Shown piece by piece: positions 8,261 to 18,900 of a DNA stretch of 64,000 nt. Each line of letters begins with the position of its first letter. Positions within the stretch are counted from its first letter, which is position 1. The notes below the pieces were generated by a model. The model searched no databases and was not told where the DNA came from. It saw nothing but the letters and a program-made list of their open reading frames with translations. Source of the stretch: a virus (taxonomy: Duplodnaviria; Caudoviricetes); IMG/VR virus record IMGVR_UViG_3300030330_001955, positions 38,911 through 102,910 of that record. One strand, written 5' to 3'. The translations under genes and the position numbers were made by a program.

Positions 8261-11200
8261 ATGGCAAAAAAGAAAATACAAGCTGCTGAGATTATTATCA
8301 AAACCACCGATGGTGGTTCTTTTAAAGTCACAGGTAAAGAAGCAGAAAAACTAGCGAAGAATTTAAATAAGACTGGTCGAGCTGCTCAAAATACTGACCG
8401 TGCGATAAAAGGTGTAACCCAGCAGTCATCAAACAGTACTAAAGAATTTGCAAAGATGGCGACCATGCAAGGTGGTCTTGTTCAAGTCTATGCAACTATC
8501 GCAGCGCAGGTCTTTGCGCTTACTGCCGCATTCCAATTCTTAAAGTCTTCAATGGAGACCCGTAACCTTATGGCTGCACAAGAAGCTTTTGGAGCAGTTA
8601 CGGGTACTGCATATAGAACTTTGACAACTAATATTCAAGACGCTACTCAAGGTATGCTAGACTTTAAAACTGCCGCACAGGGAGCTGCTATTGGTATCGC
8701 TTCTGGACTAAGTGCTAGTCAAATGGAACAATTAGGTAAAGCGGCAACTGATGCTTCACTTGCTCTTGGTAGAGACTTGACAGACTCTTTTAACAGGCTT
8801 GTTCGTGGTGTTACGAAAGCAGAGCCAGAACTCTTGGACGAACTTGGTATTGTTTTGAGATTAGAAAATGCAACTACAAAGTATGCTGTTTCTATCGGAA
8901 AAACAAGAGAACAATTAAATGCGTTTGAGAGAACACAAGCTGTTTTAAATGATGTTGTAGGGCAGGCAGAAGTTAAATTTGGAGCAATCCAAAAAATAAT
9001 GGATCCAGATGCATTCGCATTAGGTCAGTTCCAAAAAGAGATGGACGACCTACTCATGGGATTCCAAAAGTTCATCATTGAAGGACTAATTCCAATTATC
9101 AACTTTTTCAAAGAAAACTCTATGGCACTTATAGCTGCTGTAGGTTTATTTGTTACTCCAATTATTAAATCACTACTGCCAGATATGAACAAGGCAGCCG
9201 CTGATTCACTTTCAAAGTTTAAAGACCATAAGAAACAAGCTATAGCAGATGCCTCTGAATTTAAAGCATCTATACAAGGAGTAGGAGATGCCTTTGCAGG
9301 AGGCCCAGTAGATGCAGCAAGTTCTAAGAAAGGACTCCAAGATTTAGGCGTAAAGAAATTTAGTGGAAAAAACGAAGAAACTCTCAGTAAACGACAAGTA
9401 GCCGCATACAGACGTATGATGCGTGAAAAGAAAGGTATCTACATGAAGATGAACGCTCAAGAAAGAAGAGCGTTTAGAAACCACTTAAATGCACAAGACG
9501 CAATGTTACAAGGCTCTAGTACAAAGCAGAGATCTATTGTACAGGCTACTGAAAATATGAAGAGAGCTGCTTATAAAGGTACACAAATGGTTTATCAAGC
9601 TACCATGACAGCTATGACTAGAGCCACAGCTTTTGCAGCCAAAGCAATGAATAGAGCTATGATGGCAGCTGGTATTATTGGTATTGTCTTTATGATAATA
9701 CAGGCAGTTGCATCGTTAATAAACTTTTTTAGAGACTTAGATGAGACTGCTAAAAAACTTAGAGAAGAAACAAAGAAATCTACAGAAGAGTTTCAACAAC
9801 TAAATAGTGAACTAAGCAAAATGGCAGAAGTCAGAGAAGCTCCAGGGTTACTAGGTATTAGTCAAATGGTAGAACAATCTGGTAATGCTCTCAGTAGTGC
9901 TGACTTAAATAAAAGAATCCAACAATATAATAAAGAAATTGCAAAAGGTACAGATAAGAATAGCGACTTTATGAAGGAAGCTAGAAAAATGGGAGATAGT
10001 TTAGAAATTGTTGCTCCCGGCCTAGCCAAATTAAATAGTAGAATACAAGAGGGATTACCAATTACAGCGGCTATGGTATCAGAATTTACTAGTCTTGCTA
10101 ATGGATATCAAAATGCTGCTGCAGCTTCAAAAAGATTCTCTCAAAACCAAGAAACATTAAATAAAACACTTGATAAACAAATACGTAAATTTAAACAGCT
10201 TCCTTTCCAAGACTTAAAAACAGCTTTTTCAGCAAGTATCTCAGATTTAGAAGCAGAACTAGGTTTAGGTGTAGATGAAAAAGGAAATCAAACAATTGAC
10301 CGATTCGGATTAAAAGGACAACTTGCTGAACAAAGAAAGATTAGAGGAGCGCAAATAGCTAAGTTACGACTAGATAGTAGTAAGCAAGTCTATAGCTCTT
10401 CGTCAGGTGCTCAATTTAGTAACACAGTCTTAAGCATGGAAAACCAAGCAGGAGAACTACTTAGCGAAGTAGAAATGATTAACGCTATTATTGCAAGCGG
10501 TCATAAAGAAGGCTCTAGAATTTATGAAAGAATGATGGGGCAGTACCATGAAGAGAAAAAGATTCGAGAAGACATTGCAGCTATTCAAAAACAAACTGAA
10601 GATGATGAAAAAGTTATTGCATTTAAAGAGGAAACACTAAGACAGCAAAAAGCATTAGAAAGTGATGTAAATGCTTTACAACAATTTGGTCTAAAAAATG
10701 TACAGGATACTCTTAATAATAGAAAAGAACAACAAAGAATACTTGTAGAAGAGGTAGGACTAGAGAGAACAAAACAGGGAATAGCAAATGATAGGCTTAT
10801 GCTTACAGATAAAGAAAATAAAGCTAAAAGTGATATCATGGCAGCAGAGCTTGCTGAAAAAGCTGTTTTAGAAAAACAAAGAGGTATTTTAATAGCGTTA
10901 GAAGATGAGCAAGGAAAGTTATTATTTAAGAAACAAGATGTTTTAAATATGGATAAAGAAGCTCTTAAGGACGCTTTAGTAAAAAACAATCTTAGTACTA
11001 CTGAAGTAGAAGCCTCAGCGGCAGCAGTAGAGAACGCAAACACTGAAGCAGATATTATAAAATTCCAAAACGATTTGCTTAGAGAAAAACTTGATATAAA
11101 AGAAAAACTTTTTGAATTAGAGCCTAAGATGGAAGTTTTAAAACAACAAGAAAAAGTTTTAAAAGATGAAATGGCACTTGCAAGATTACAAGAAAAAAGA

Positions 11201-12295
11201 GATGCAGCTGTAGGTGGAGGCCAATTTGCAGGAATGTCTCAATTTGGAGCAGGTGGAATAGTAGCAACACAAAGACGAAATCAAATAGGTAGGCACAAAA
11301 GTACTATTAGCAATCTTGAACTTCAAAAGGAGAATATAGGAAGTCAAATAACTAATCTTAAAGCAGATACAACTGCAAGTAATTTTAATGCAGCCACCGG
11401 TATGTTTACAGGTGACTTAACAGAAACACAAAAGAAATTTAACCAATTAAAACAAACAGAACTCAGTCTCACACAGCAAATAAACATGGAGACCGTAAAG
11501 AAAGTCATGCTAGAGGATATTGAAAGCGGAGATGTTGCTAGACAAAAACTCAAGATTATGCAAGAGGAGTTAGAGATAGCAAGAGAGCACATAGGCTCTA
11601 TAAATCCTGCTTCAGCTGCTTACCATCAATTTGTATCAGAACAGAAAAAGTTAGGAGTTGAGTTTACTGAAAAAGAACTTGAGGGTCTTCAAAAGCAGTT
11701 TGAAACAATGGAATTGCTTAAAATAGAAACTGAACTTATGAATGGTATAAAAGATACTCTTTCAAATGGTTTCCAAAATATGTTCCAAGCTATGATAGAC
11801 GGAACTAAATCTTTTAAAGATTCTATGAAAGATTTAACAAAACAAGTACTTATGGACTTAGCCTCTATGTTTATGAGAGCTGCAGCCCTAAAAGCTATGA
11901 TGGCTTTCTTCCCTGGCATGGGGTCAGGCGGAGGCTTCACAGACTTAATGGGATTAGGAAGCGGAGATAGGTATGGTGGAGAAAGATCTTATGCTCATGG
12001 AGGTGTAGCAGACGGCCCTGAGTCTGGTTATATGGCAAAGCTACACGGAAGAGAAGCTGTTGTTCCTCTTGGAAATGATAGAAGCATACCTGTAAAGATG
12101 ATGGGAGAAGGTGGTACTAATATTGTAAATGTCACAGTAAATATGCAAGGTGGAGGCGCTCAAACAAATACAGTAGGCGACGGAGCACTAGCAGGAATGG
12201 GTAGACAGATTGGAAACTTAGTACAACAAAAATTACAAGAAGAAATGAGACCAGGTGGAATATTAAATTCTAGTGGTGGTAGAGGTAGAGGCTAA
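8261..12295 (+). CDS. Tape measure protein
   Basis: 1344 aa, helical, hydrophobic segments, ELLDELGI motif, C-terminal YAHGG...LHGREAVVPL. Confidence 0.93.
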   Translation: MAKKKIQAAEIIIKTTDGGSFKVTGKEAEKLAKNLNKTGRAAQNTDRAIKGVTQQSSNSTKEFAKMATMQGGLVQVYATIAAQVFALTAAFQFLKSSMETRNLMAAQEAFGAVTGTAYRTLTTNIQDATQGMLDFKTAAQGAAIGIASGLSASQMEQLGKAATDASLALGRDLTDSFNRLVRGVTKAEPELLDELGIVLRLENATTKYAVSIGKTREQLNAFERTQAVLNDVVGQAEVKFGAIQKIMDPDAFALGQFQKEMDDLLMGFQKFIIEGLIPIINFFKENSMALIAAVGLFVTPIIKSLLPDMNKAAADSLSKFKDHKKQAIADASEFKASIQGVGDAFAGGPVDAASSKKGLQDLGVKKFSGKNEETLSKRQVAAYRRMMREKKGIYMKMNAQERRAFRNHLNAQDAMLQGSSTKQRSIVQATENMKRAAYKGTQMVYQATMTAMTRATAFAAKAMNRAMMAAGIIGIVFMIIQAVASLINFFRDLDETAKKLREETKKSTEEFQQLNSELSKMAEVREAPGLLGISQMVEQSGNALSSADLNKRIQQYNKEIAKGTDKNSDFMKEARKMGDSLEIVAPGLAKLNSRIQEGLPITAAMVSEFTSLANGYQNAAAASKRFSQNQETLNKTLDKQIRKFKQLPFQDLKTAFSASISDLEAELGLGVDEKGNQTIDRFGLKGQLAEQRKIRGAQIAKLRLDSSKQVYSSSSGAQFSNTVLSMENQAGELLSEVEMINAIIASGHKEGSRIYERMMGQYHEEKKIREDIAAIQKQTEDDEKVIAFKEETLRQQKALESDVNALQQFGLKNVQDTLNNRKEQQRILVEEVGLERTKQGIANDRLMLTDKENKAKSDIMAAELAEKAVLEKQRGILIALEDEQGKLLFKKQDVLNMDKEALKDALVKNNLSTTEVEASAAAVENANTEADIIKFQNDLLREKLDIKEKLFELEPKMEVLKQQEKVLKDEMALARLQEKRDAAVGGGQFAGMSQFGAGGIVATQRRNQIGRHKSTISNLELQKENIGSQITNLKADTTASNFNAATGMFTGDLTETQKKFNQLKQTELSLTQQINMETVKKVMLEDIESGDVARQKLKIMQEELEIAREHIGSINPASAAYHQFVSEQKKLGVEFTEKELEGLQKQFETMELLKIETELMNGIKDTLSNGFQNMFQAMIDGTKSFKDSMKDLTKQVLMDLASMFMRAAALKAMMAFFPGMGSGGGFTDLMGLGSGDRYGGERSYAHGGVADGPESGYMAKLHGREAVVPLGNDRSIPVKMMGEGGTNIVNVTVNMQGGGAQTNTVGDGALAGMGRQIGNLVQQKLQEEMRPGGILNSSGGRGRG

Positions 12296-12714
12296 TGGCA
12301 ACAGGAATAACAACAAACACAGTACAAACAGGTGGAGGCACAGTATCCGCAGGTACAAATATAACAGGATTTAGTGCTCCTGTAATGTTTGATAAGGGTG
12401 CTCAACAAAGTGCAGCTCCAAGAGTTATCAAAGCTCAGTTTGGAGACGGCTATCAACTAAGAATGGTTGATGGAATAAACAATACCCCTAGAAAATGGGC
12501 ACTTTCATTTGCCAATAGAACAAATGATGATATAGATAAACTTTATAAATTTTTCAATACTTTAGCAAGTGTCAGCACTTGTCAACTAACAATACCTAAT
12601 TCTGTTGATGGGGAAGAGACTGTAAAAGTTGTAATTAGCAACTATAATAAACAATATGCGTACGACGAATTTTATAGTCTTACCTGTGAAGCGGAAGAAG
12701 TATTTGAAGCATGA
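12295..12714 (+). CDS. Distal tail protein (lambda gpM-like)
   Basis: [14 protein letters not shown] motif and C-terminal EEVFE. Confidence 0.85.
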   Translation: MATGITTNTVQTGGGTVSAGTNITGFSAPVMFDKGAQQSAAPRVIKAQFGDGYQLRMVDGINNTPRKWALSFANRTNDDIDKLYKFFNTLASVSTCQLTIPNSVDGEETVKVVISNYNKQYAYDEFYSLTCEAEEVFEA

Positions 12715-14333
12715 GTGATACAATATATACAGGTAATTCTGGTGGCAACTTGGTACAAGATATACAAAGCCAAGCGATTGCTAGTGGGTTTATTATTGTA
12801 TTCGAAATAGAACTACCTGATAGTAATATTGGTGGACATGGTATAGATAGATTATACTTTCACAATGGAGCAACAGGAACTTCAGACATTAGTTGGTATA
12901 GTCCTATAAATCTAGACAACTATGGTTCTACAACTAGAACAGATTATAGTGCTGCAACATATACAGCATTTCCTGTAGAAGCAGAGGGGTTCGAAACTAG
13001 GGGGACAGGAACTCTTCCAAGACCTCTTGTAAGATTTGCAAATGTTAATCAGTATTGGAATGCTTTTCTTTCAGACTATGATGATTTAGTTGGAGCAAAA
13101 GTAATTCGAAGAAGAACTTTAGAAAAGTATCTAGCAACTAGTGGTAAAACTGTAGCAAATGACCCTAACTGCCCTCCTGTAGAATTTAATAGAGATTGCT
13201 ACTATATAGAAAGAAAGACAAAAGAAACTCCACAGTTAGTAGAGTTCGAACTAACAAGTGCATTTGATGTTCAAGGAGTAAAACTACCTAGAAGAACTAT
13301 TATTGCAGCACGCTGTCCCTGGAAGTATAAAGATACAGACCAAGGCGGTTGTGACTGGCCAAAAGACAATAGATTTACTATTAGTGGTACAGAACATACT
13401 TTATACTTTGATAAAGACGATACTCAAATTACAGAGGCAAGTAACTTAGCAAGTGCAAGTACAAACGAATATACATACTGGGGCAGACAAGATGTTTCTA
13501 GTAATAGAACTACAAATTTATACTTAGGTAAAAGCTATGCTGTAAATGACTATGTTGAATATGAAAGACCTGTTGGAAGTATGTTCAAGATAGATAGAAT
13601 ACAAAGAACAAGTGCAAATGTAGTACAAATAACTTTTGATTCTAGTAGCGATGCAGCAACATTCTCTACTACGGCAGGAGAAGATTTTATTTGTATAAAA
13701 GGAATAAGCACAGAGGCTGCAAACCATAAAAATGTACCCCTACATGTAACAGGAGTAAGTGGAGCAGTAGTAACAGTAGAAACTGACGATAGTTTTACAG
13801 GCGACATTCAAGATGCTGATGATGGAATAGGTTTTGCACAAGCAACTCGTAGAACTTTATATCAATGTATTACTGCACATACATTAAGTACTAGTGATAG
13901 TCTTGATGATATAATTAGACCAACTAATATATCATACTGGCAGTTTGGAGATGTTTGTGGAAAAAGATTAGACTCTTGTGCTTGTAGATTTGGATTCAAT
14001 CCTACAAGTCAAGGAGTAGTTACTCATGTTGTGCCTGATAATACAGGTAGTGACGCAGGAAAAGGAGCAGGATATACTTCAACTCCTACTGTAACAATCT
14101 CTGGAGGCGGGGGTAGTGGCGCTACAGCCACCGCTATAAGGTCAAGTGGACAAATAATAGGATATACTGTAACAAATGGAGGGAGTGGATATACAACTAT
14201 ACCAACTGTTACTGTATCAGGAGGAAACCCAACTAGAGCTGCAAGTCCAGTTGCAGTTGTAGGTAATTTAAAAGGGAACAAAAGAAATGTTGCGCTACCA
14301 TTTGGAGGATTCCCAGGAGCAAGTTTATACTAA
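12711..14333 (+). CDS. Tail tip protein (lambda gpL-like) with inserted domains
   Basis: [24 protein letters not shown]...C...DVCGKRL.SC..RF and terminal PFGGFPG. Confidence 0.88.
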   Translation: MSDTIYTGNSGGNLVQDIQSQAIASGFIIVFEIELPDSNIGGHGIDRLYFHNGATGTSDISWYSPINLDNYGSTTRTDYSAATYTAFPVEAEGFETRGTGTLPRPLVRFANVNQYWNAFLSDYDDLVGAKVIRRRTLEKYLATSGKTVANDPNCPPVEFNRDCYYIERKTKETPQLVEFELTSAFDVQGVKLPRRTIIAARCPWKYKDTDQGGCDWPKDNRFTISGTEHTLYFDKDDTQITEASNLASASTNEYTYWGRQDVSSNRTTNLYLGKSYAVNDYVEYERPVGSMFKIDRIQRTSANVVQITFDSSSDAATFSTTAGEDFICIKGISTEAANHKNVPLHVTGVSGAVVTVETDDSFTGDIQDADDGIGFAQATRRTLYQCITAHTLSTSDSLDDIIRPTNISYWQFGDVCGKRLDSCACRFGFNPTSQGVVTHVVPDNTGSDAGKGAGYTSTPTVTISGGGGSGATATAIRSSGQIIGYTVTNGGSGYTTIPTVTVSGGNPTRAASPVAVVGNLKGNKRNVALPFGGFPGASLY

Positions 14334-15034
14334 TGATAGAACCAGTACTAGAAGATATAAAACAATACGTATATGAACAAGAGGGCGTGGAAGCTTGTGG
14401 TCTACTAAATATAGAAAGAGGACGAGTTAATTGGCACCCTTGTATAAATAAAGCAGAACAACCTTGGATTGATTTTATGATAGACCCTCTAGACTATAAA
14501 CAGATAGCAGATAGAGGAGACATAGTAGGTGTTGTACATAGCCATCTTGGGCCACCAATTCCAAGTGTTATGGACAGGGCTGCTTGTGATAGATTAGGTA
14601 TTCCTTGGTATATTTTTGGAGAAAATGATGAATGGACAAAATTGGAACCGAAAGAAGAAGCTTATGATTTACTGGGAAGACCATTCGTTTATGGCGTCTA
14701 TGATTGTTTCACTATCATAAAAGATTATTACGAAGCACAAGATATAAATATCTTCCCATATGAGTACGAGTGGGAATTTTGGGAAAAGGGTAAAAATCTA
14801 TATATAGACAACTTTGAAAAAGAGGGGTTTGAAATTGTAAGAGATGGTAGTCTAAAGATTCATGATTTAGTTTTAATGGCTCTAAATAGTGACATTACCA
14901 ATCATGCAGGAATCTATGTAGGACGTGGAAAAATGCTTCATCATGCACCTAACAGATTATCATGCCGAGACAACTATGACGGCATATGGAAAAAGATTAC
15001 GAGAGTAATAGTAAGACACGAGAAGTTTAAATGA
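14333..15034 (+). CDS. Tail assembly protein (lambda gpK-like, JAB + NlpC/P60)
   Basis: EACG, VVHSH..P..S..D, GVYDC and NHAGIY..MLHH motifs. Confidence 0.9.
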   Translation: MIEPVLEDIKQYVYEQEGVEACGLLNIERGRVNWHPCINKAEQPWIDFMIDPLDYKQIADRGDIVGVVHSHLGPPIPSVMDRAACDRLGIPWYIFGENDEWTKLEPKEEAYDLLGRPFVYGVYDCFTIIKDYYEAQDINIFPYEYEWEFWEKGKNLYIDNFEKEGFEIVRDGSLKIHDLVLMALNSDITNHAGIYVGRGKMLHHAPNRLSCRDNYDGIWKKITRVIVRHEKFK

Positions 15035-15900
15035 GAAAAGTTTATTTAGAAGGTATACTAGGGCAAAAATATGGGGAGGAATGGACTCTTAATGTTGCCT
15101 CGCCCGCAGAAGCACTTACAGCTATTATGGCACAGCGCCCTGGCATGAAACAGTTTCTAGCAGAATCAGAAGGTATACAAGGCTATGAAGTTTTAATAAA
15201 TGATGAGAGTATTACTAGCGAAGCAGAGTTAGTTTTAAATGAACCAGGAATGACTCAGACCTACACTTTTGTTCCTGTAGTTGCAGGGTCAAAAAGTAAA
15301 GTTATGATGATGGTACTCGGTGTTACACTTATTGCTGTAACAGGAGGTTTTGGAGCTGCATTTGTCCCTGGATTTATGGGAGGAGCAGTAGCAGGTGGAG
15401 CAGCAGTAGGAACAGCTTCGGGTTTAACAGGTGCAGCACTGACTTCGGCAATATCAGCAGGAACAGTAACAGCTGCAGGAACTTATACAGTAGCAGGAGC
15501 AGCTGCGGCTATGGGTACTAGTTCAGCTGCAATACTTGCAACATCAGCCGCAGGAAGCATGGGAGTAGGACTACTATTAGCAGGTGTAGCTTCAATGCTT
15601 ATGCCTGAACCACCAGAAGGTTCTGGAGCAGAATCAGCACAAAACTATTTATTCTCAGGCCCAGTTAATAATGTAAAACAAGGTGGCCCAGTTCCTCTTG
15701 TTTATGGGAGAGCAATAGTAGGTTCAACAACTATTTCGGGGTCAGTATATTCAACAACTTCAAGAGAAAAAGTATCAAGTACTAGAGCACTAGTAGGTAT
15801 ATCAAACTTTAGACAAGGCGGGTCAACTTTTGGACAAAATGAGAACACAGGTCAAAATCAACAAGTACCTGTTACACCACCAGGAACAGTAATACCATGA
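15031..15900 (+). CDS. Tail assembly protein (lambda gpI-like)
   Basis: N-terminal ubiquitin-like domain, long Gly/Ala hydrophobic stretch, N..KQG.PVPLVYG..IVGS. Confidence 0.88.
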   Translation: MRKVYLEGILGQKYGEEWTLNVASPAEALTAIMAQRPGMKQFLAESEGIQGYEVLINDESITSEAELVLNEPGMTQTYTFVPVVAGSKSKVMMMVLGVTLIAVTGGFGAAFVPGFMGGAVAGGAAVGTASGLTGAALTSAISAGTVTAAGTYTVAGAAAAMGTSSAAILATSAAGSMGVGLLLAGVASMLMPEPPEGSGAESAQNYLFSGPVNNVKQGGPVPLVYGRAIVGSTTISGSVYSTTSREKVSSTRALVGISNFRQGGSTFGQNENTGQNQQVPVTPPGTVIP

Positions 15901-18900
15901 GTAAGTTAATACGAATAAAAGGATCTGGCGGAGGAAAAGGCGGAGGCGGAGAAACCTTTGAAGCCGATGATAATCTATTTTCTCGACAAAGCGCCGCGTT
16001 TGTAGATGCAATCGCAGAAGGCCCAATCAAAGGATTAGTATATGGCGATGCTTCAATTATCGTTGATGAACAACGTCTTCGTAATGTAAATCAATCTACA
16101 GGACTTGTATCATCTAAAACAAACTTCAAAAACTTTATTATGACAACAACAAAAGGTGAGGCTACACAAACGCCTGACCCAGAGTTCTTTTCAGACTTTC
16201 CTTCAGCAGCAATAACAGAAGAAAAGAACTCAGCAGTTCTTTTGGAAGGAGAGCCTCAGTTCTTCACTATTTCTAGTGGCACATTTGAAAAACAAAATGC
16301 AGACTATTTAAAAGTTACTATTTCTACAAATGGTATGAGTGCTATAACAAAGAAAGGAGATAATAAAGGAGACATAAAGGAAACAAAAGTATTCTTTAGA
16401 ATTGACTTAGTTTTTACAAATAATAGTGGAGCAACAATCACTAGAAATAAATTCAATACTGGATTTGTAGGAAAAGTAGGAAGTAAATACGCACATACTT
16501 TCGGATTCAATATTGAAAATGAAAAAGAGAATGAAGGAGTACTAGACTGGGCGATTAAAGTTACAAAACTAACTTCAAGTCCAAATAGCACAGAGACCAC
16601 AGAAGTTTCAAATGATATCTTTGTAGATAGCATTGAAGCAACTATTGCTGATAAGTTAGAATATCCTTATACTGCTTATGTTGCTGGTGTAATTGATGCA
16701 GAACAATTTAGTAGTATTCCTTCAAGAGGTTACGAGATAGATGGAAAAATTATTAGTATTCCTACTAATATGTTCCCTTGCGATTATAATGGTAGAAAGA
16801 TAACTGTAAACAGCGTTTCAGGAATTAGTGTAGGAACAGTTTTAAGTCAAACATTGACCGTAAGTAGTATTACTGCAGCAGGAAATGCTGATGATGGCTT
16901 TATAGCTACGGTTACACTTAGTGCAAATCACCAAGTTCCTAGTACTGAGACCTTTGAAGTAACAATCGCAGGAGTTACAAATGATACTGATTTTTATAAT
17001 GGCACATTTACTGCAACTTCTACTGGTGGTACAACTTTTACTTATCCACTTGCTACACCATTCAACGAATCCACAGGAGAGTTCAAAACACTAGGAAGCA
17101 CTACTGCAAGTGGTACAAAAACTGCCGCACTATTTACAGGTGGTATTGTTGATAAAATAGATGGAAGCACCCTTTATGTAAGAAACGTAGCGGCTCAAAA
17201 ACAAATAGTTGGAGGACTACTTACGTTTCCAGGAGGTACAACTAATGTAACTAATCTTAGTGGACAAATTTTTATTCCTGCTAATTATAGAAGACATGTA
17301 ACTACAGGTGTGATGCAAACTACTGAGCAAGACTGGGACGGAAACTTTTATGAGTCTTGGTGTAATAATCCAGCATGGGTATATAATGATTTAATTACTG
17401 ATAAAATTTATGGATTAGGAAACTATCTTGGGCAAACAGAAGTAAATAAATGGGAGTTATTCCAAATAGGTAGATACTGCGATGAACTCGTACCAGCAGG
17501 AGTAGATGCCGCAGACTTTTTAGCACTATTTACTACTGATGATAGTAATTATATTCCTAGTGGTAGTACAGGAACTCATGAGCCTAGGTTTAGTGCAAAC
17601 TTAGTTATTAACGGAAAGCAAGAAGCATATAAAGTACTCAATGATATAGTAGGGATATTTAGAGGTATGACCTACTGGTTAAATGGAGAAGCTTTTGTTG
17701 TACAAGATTCAGAAAAAGATCCTGTCTATCAATTCACAAATGCAAATGTAATAAACGGTACTTTCGCGTATGAAGGCACTCCTTTAAAAACTCGTATCAA
17801 TGCTTGTCAGGTTACTTGGAATGACCCTAACGATTATTACAGGCAAAGAGTAGAACATGTAGAACTTGAAGAAACTTTACAAAGAGACGATGAGTTTGTA
17901 AAACCAGATTCAGTTACAGCATTTGGTTGTACGTCTAGAGGACAAGCTAGAAGACTAGGTAAATGGAGACTTCTTACTAATAATTTACATACTAATACCG
18001 TTACATTTAGTACAGGTATTAACGCGGCATTTATTAAGCCAGGTGATATTATTCAAATCGTTGACCAACATAAAGATGGTAAGTCATGGGGTGGAAGAAT
18101 ATCAAGTGGTAGCTCAACTACCGCAATAAAAGTAGATAGAAAACCAACAGGATTCGGAGATACAAGTGTAGAGTCAGGATATGCAGTAGGCGACTATAGA
18201 CTCACAGCTTCTTTTGTAGGACATATTGCTTTACTCGCGCAGGATACTGCAACTATTGGTGGAGTAAACTATGTAAGAGGACAAGAGATACCAAATATAG
18301 CTTCAGAAGAAGCAGCAGCAAAACAACAAGATGATAGTGGTGATATTGTCTTTATACAATGGAGTGCATACACTCATACAGAAACAAGAACTTTAAATGC
18401 CGTATCAAATAGTGGTAAAACTCTAACTGTTTCTCAAGCCTTTACTACTGCTCCCGCAGAAGACCAAATATGGATATTATCTAGACCTAGTTTACAAACT
18501 GGAAAAACAAAACAGGAAGCTAAATTATTCAGAGTATTGGCTATGGTGGAAGAAGAAGTTGGTAAATTCGAAATCACAGGTTTAGAATATAATGCTACAA
18601 AATTTGATGCAGTAGATAAAAATGAAGCGATATCAGAATACAGAACAATTAACTTACCAAATTCTTTTAGTACTGTTCCTACTGTAAATAACGTACATGC
18701 CTTTGGAACAAAAGAACCAAGAATAGGTGATAATACTTATATAAATGTTTTAAATGTAAACTGGGATAATGCAAAAAATGATGATGGAAGTATGTATAAC
18801 TTTGTTAGAGGATACGAAGTACATTACTCCAAAGACAATGTAAAATTTATAAATGCAGGATTATTCCATGGTACTGAAGCAGATATTGTAGGAGCTATAA

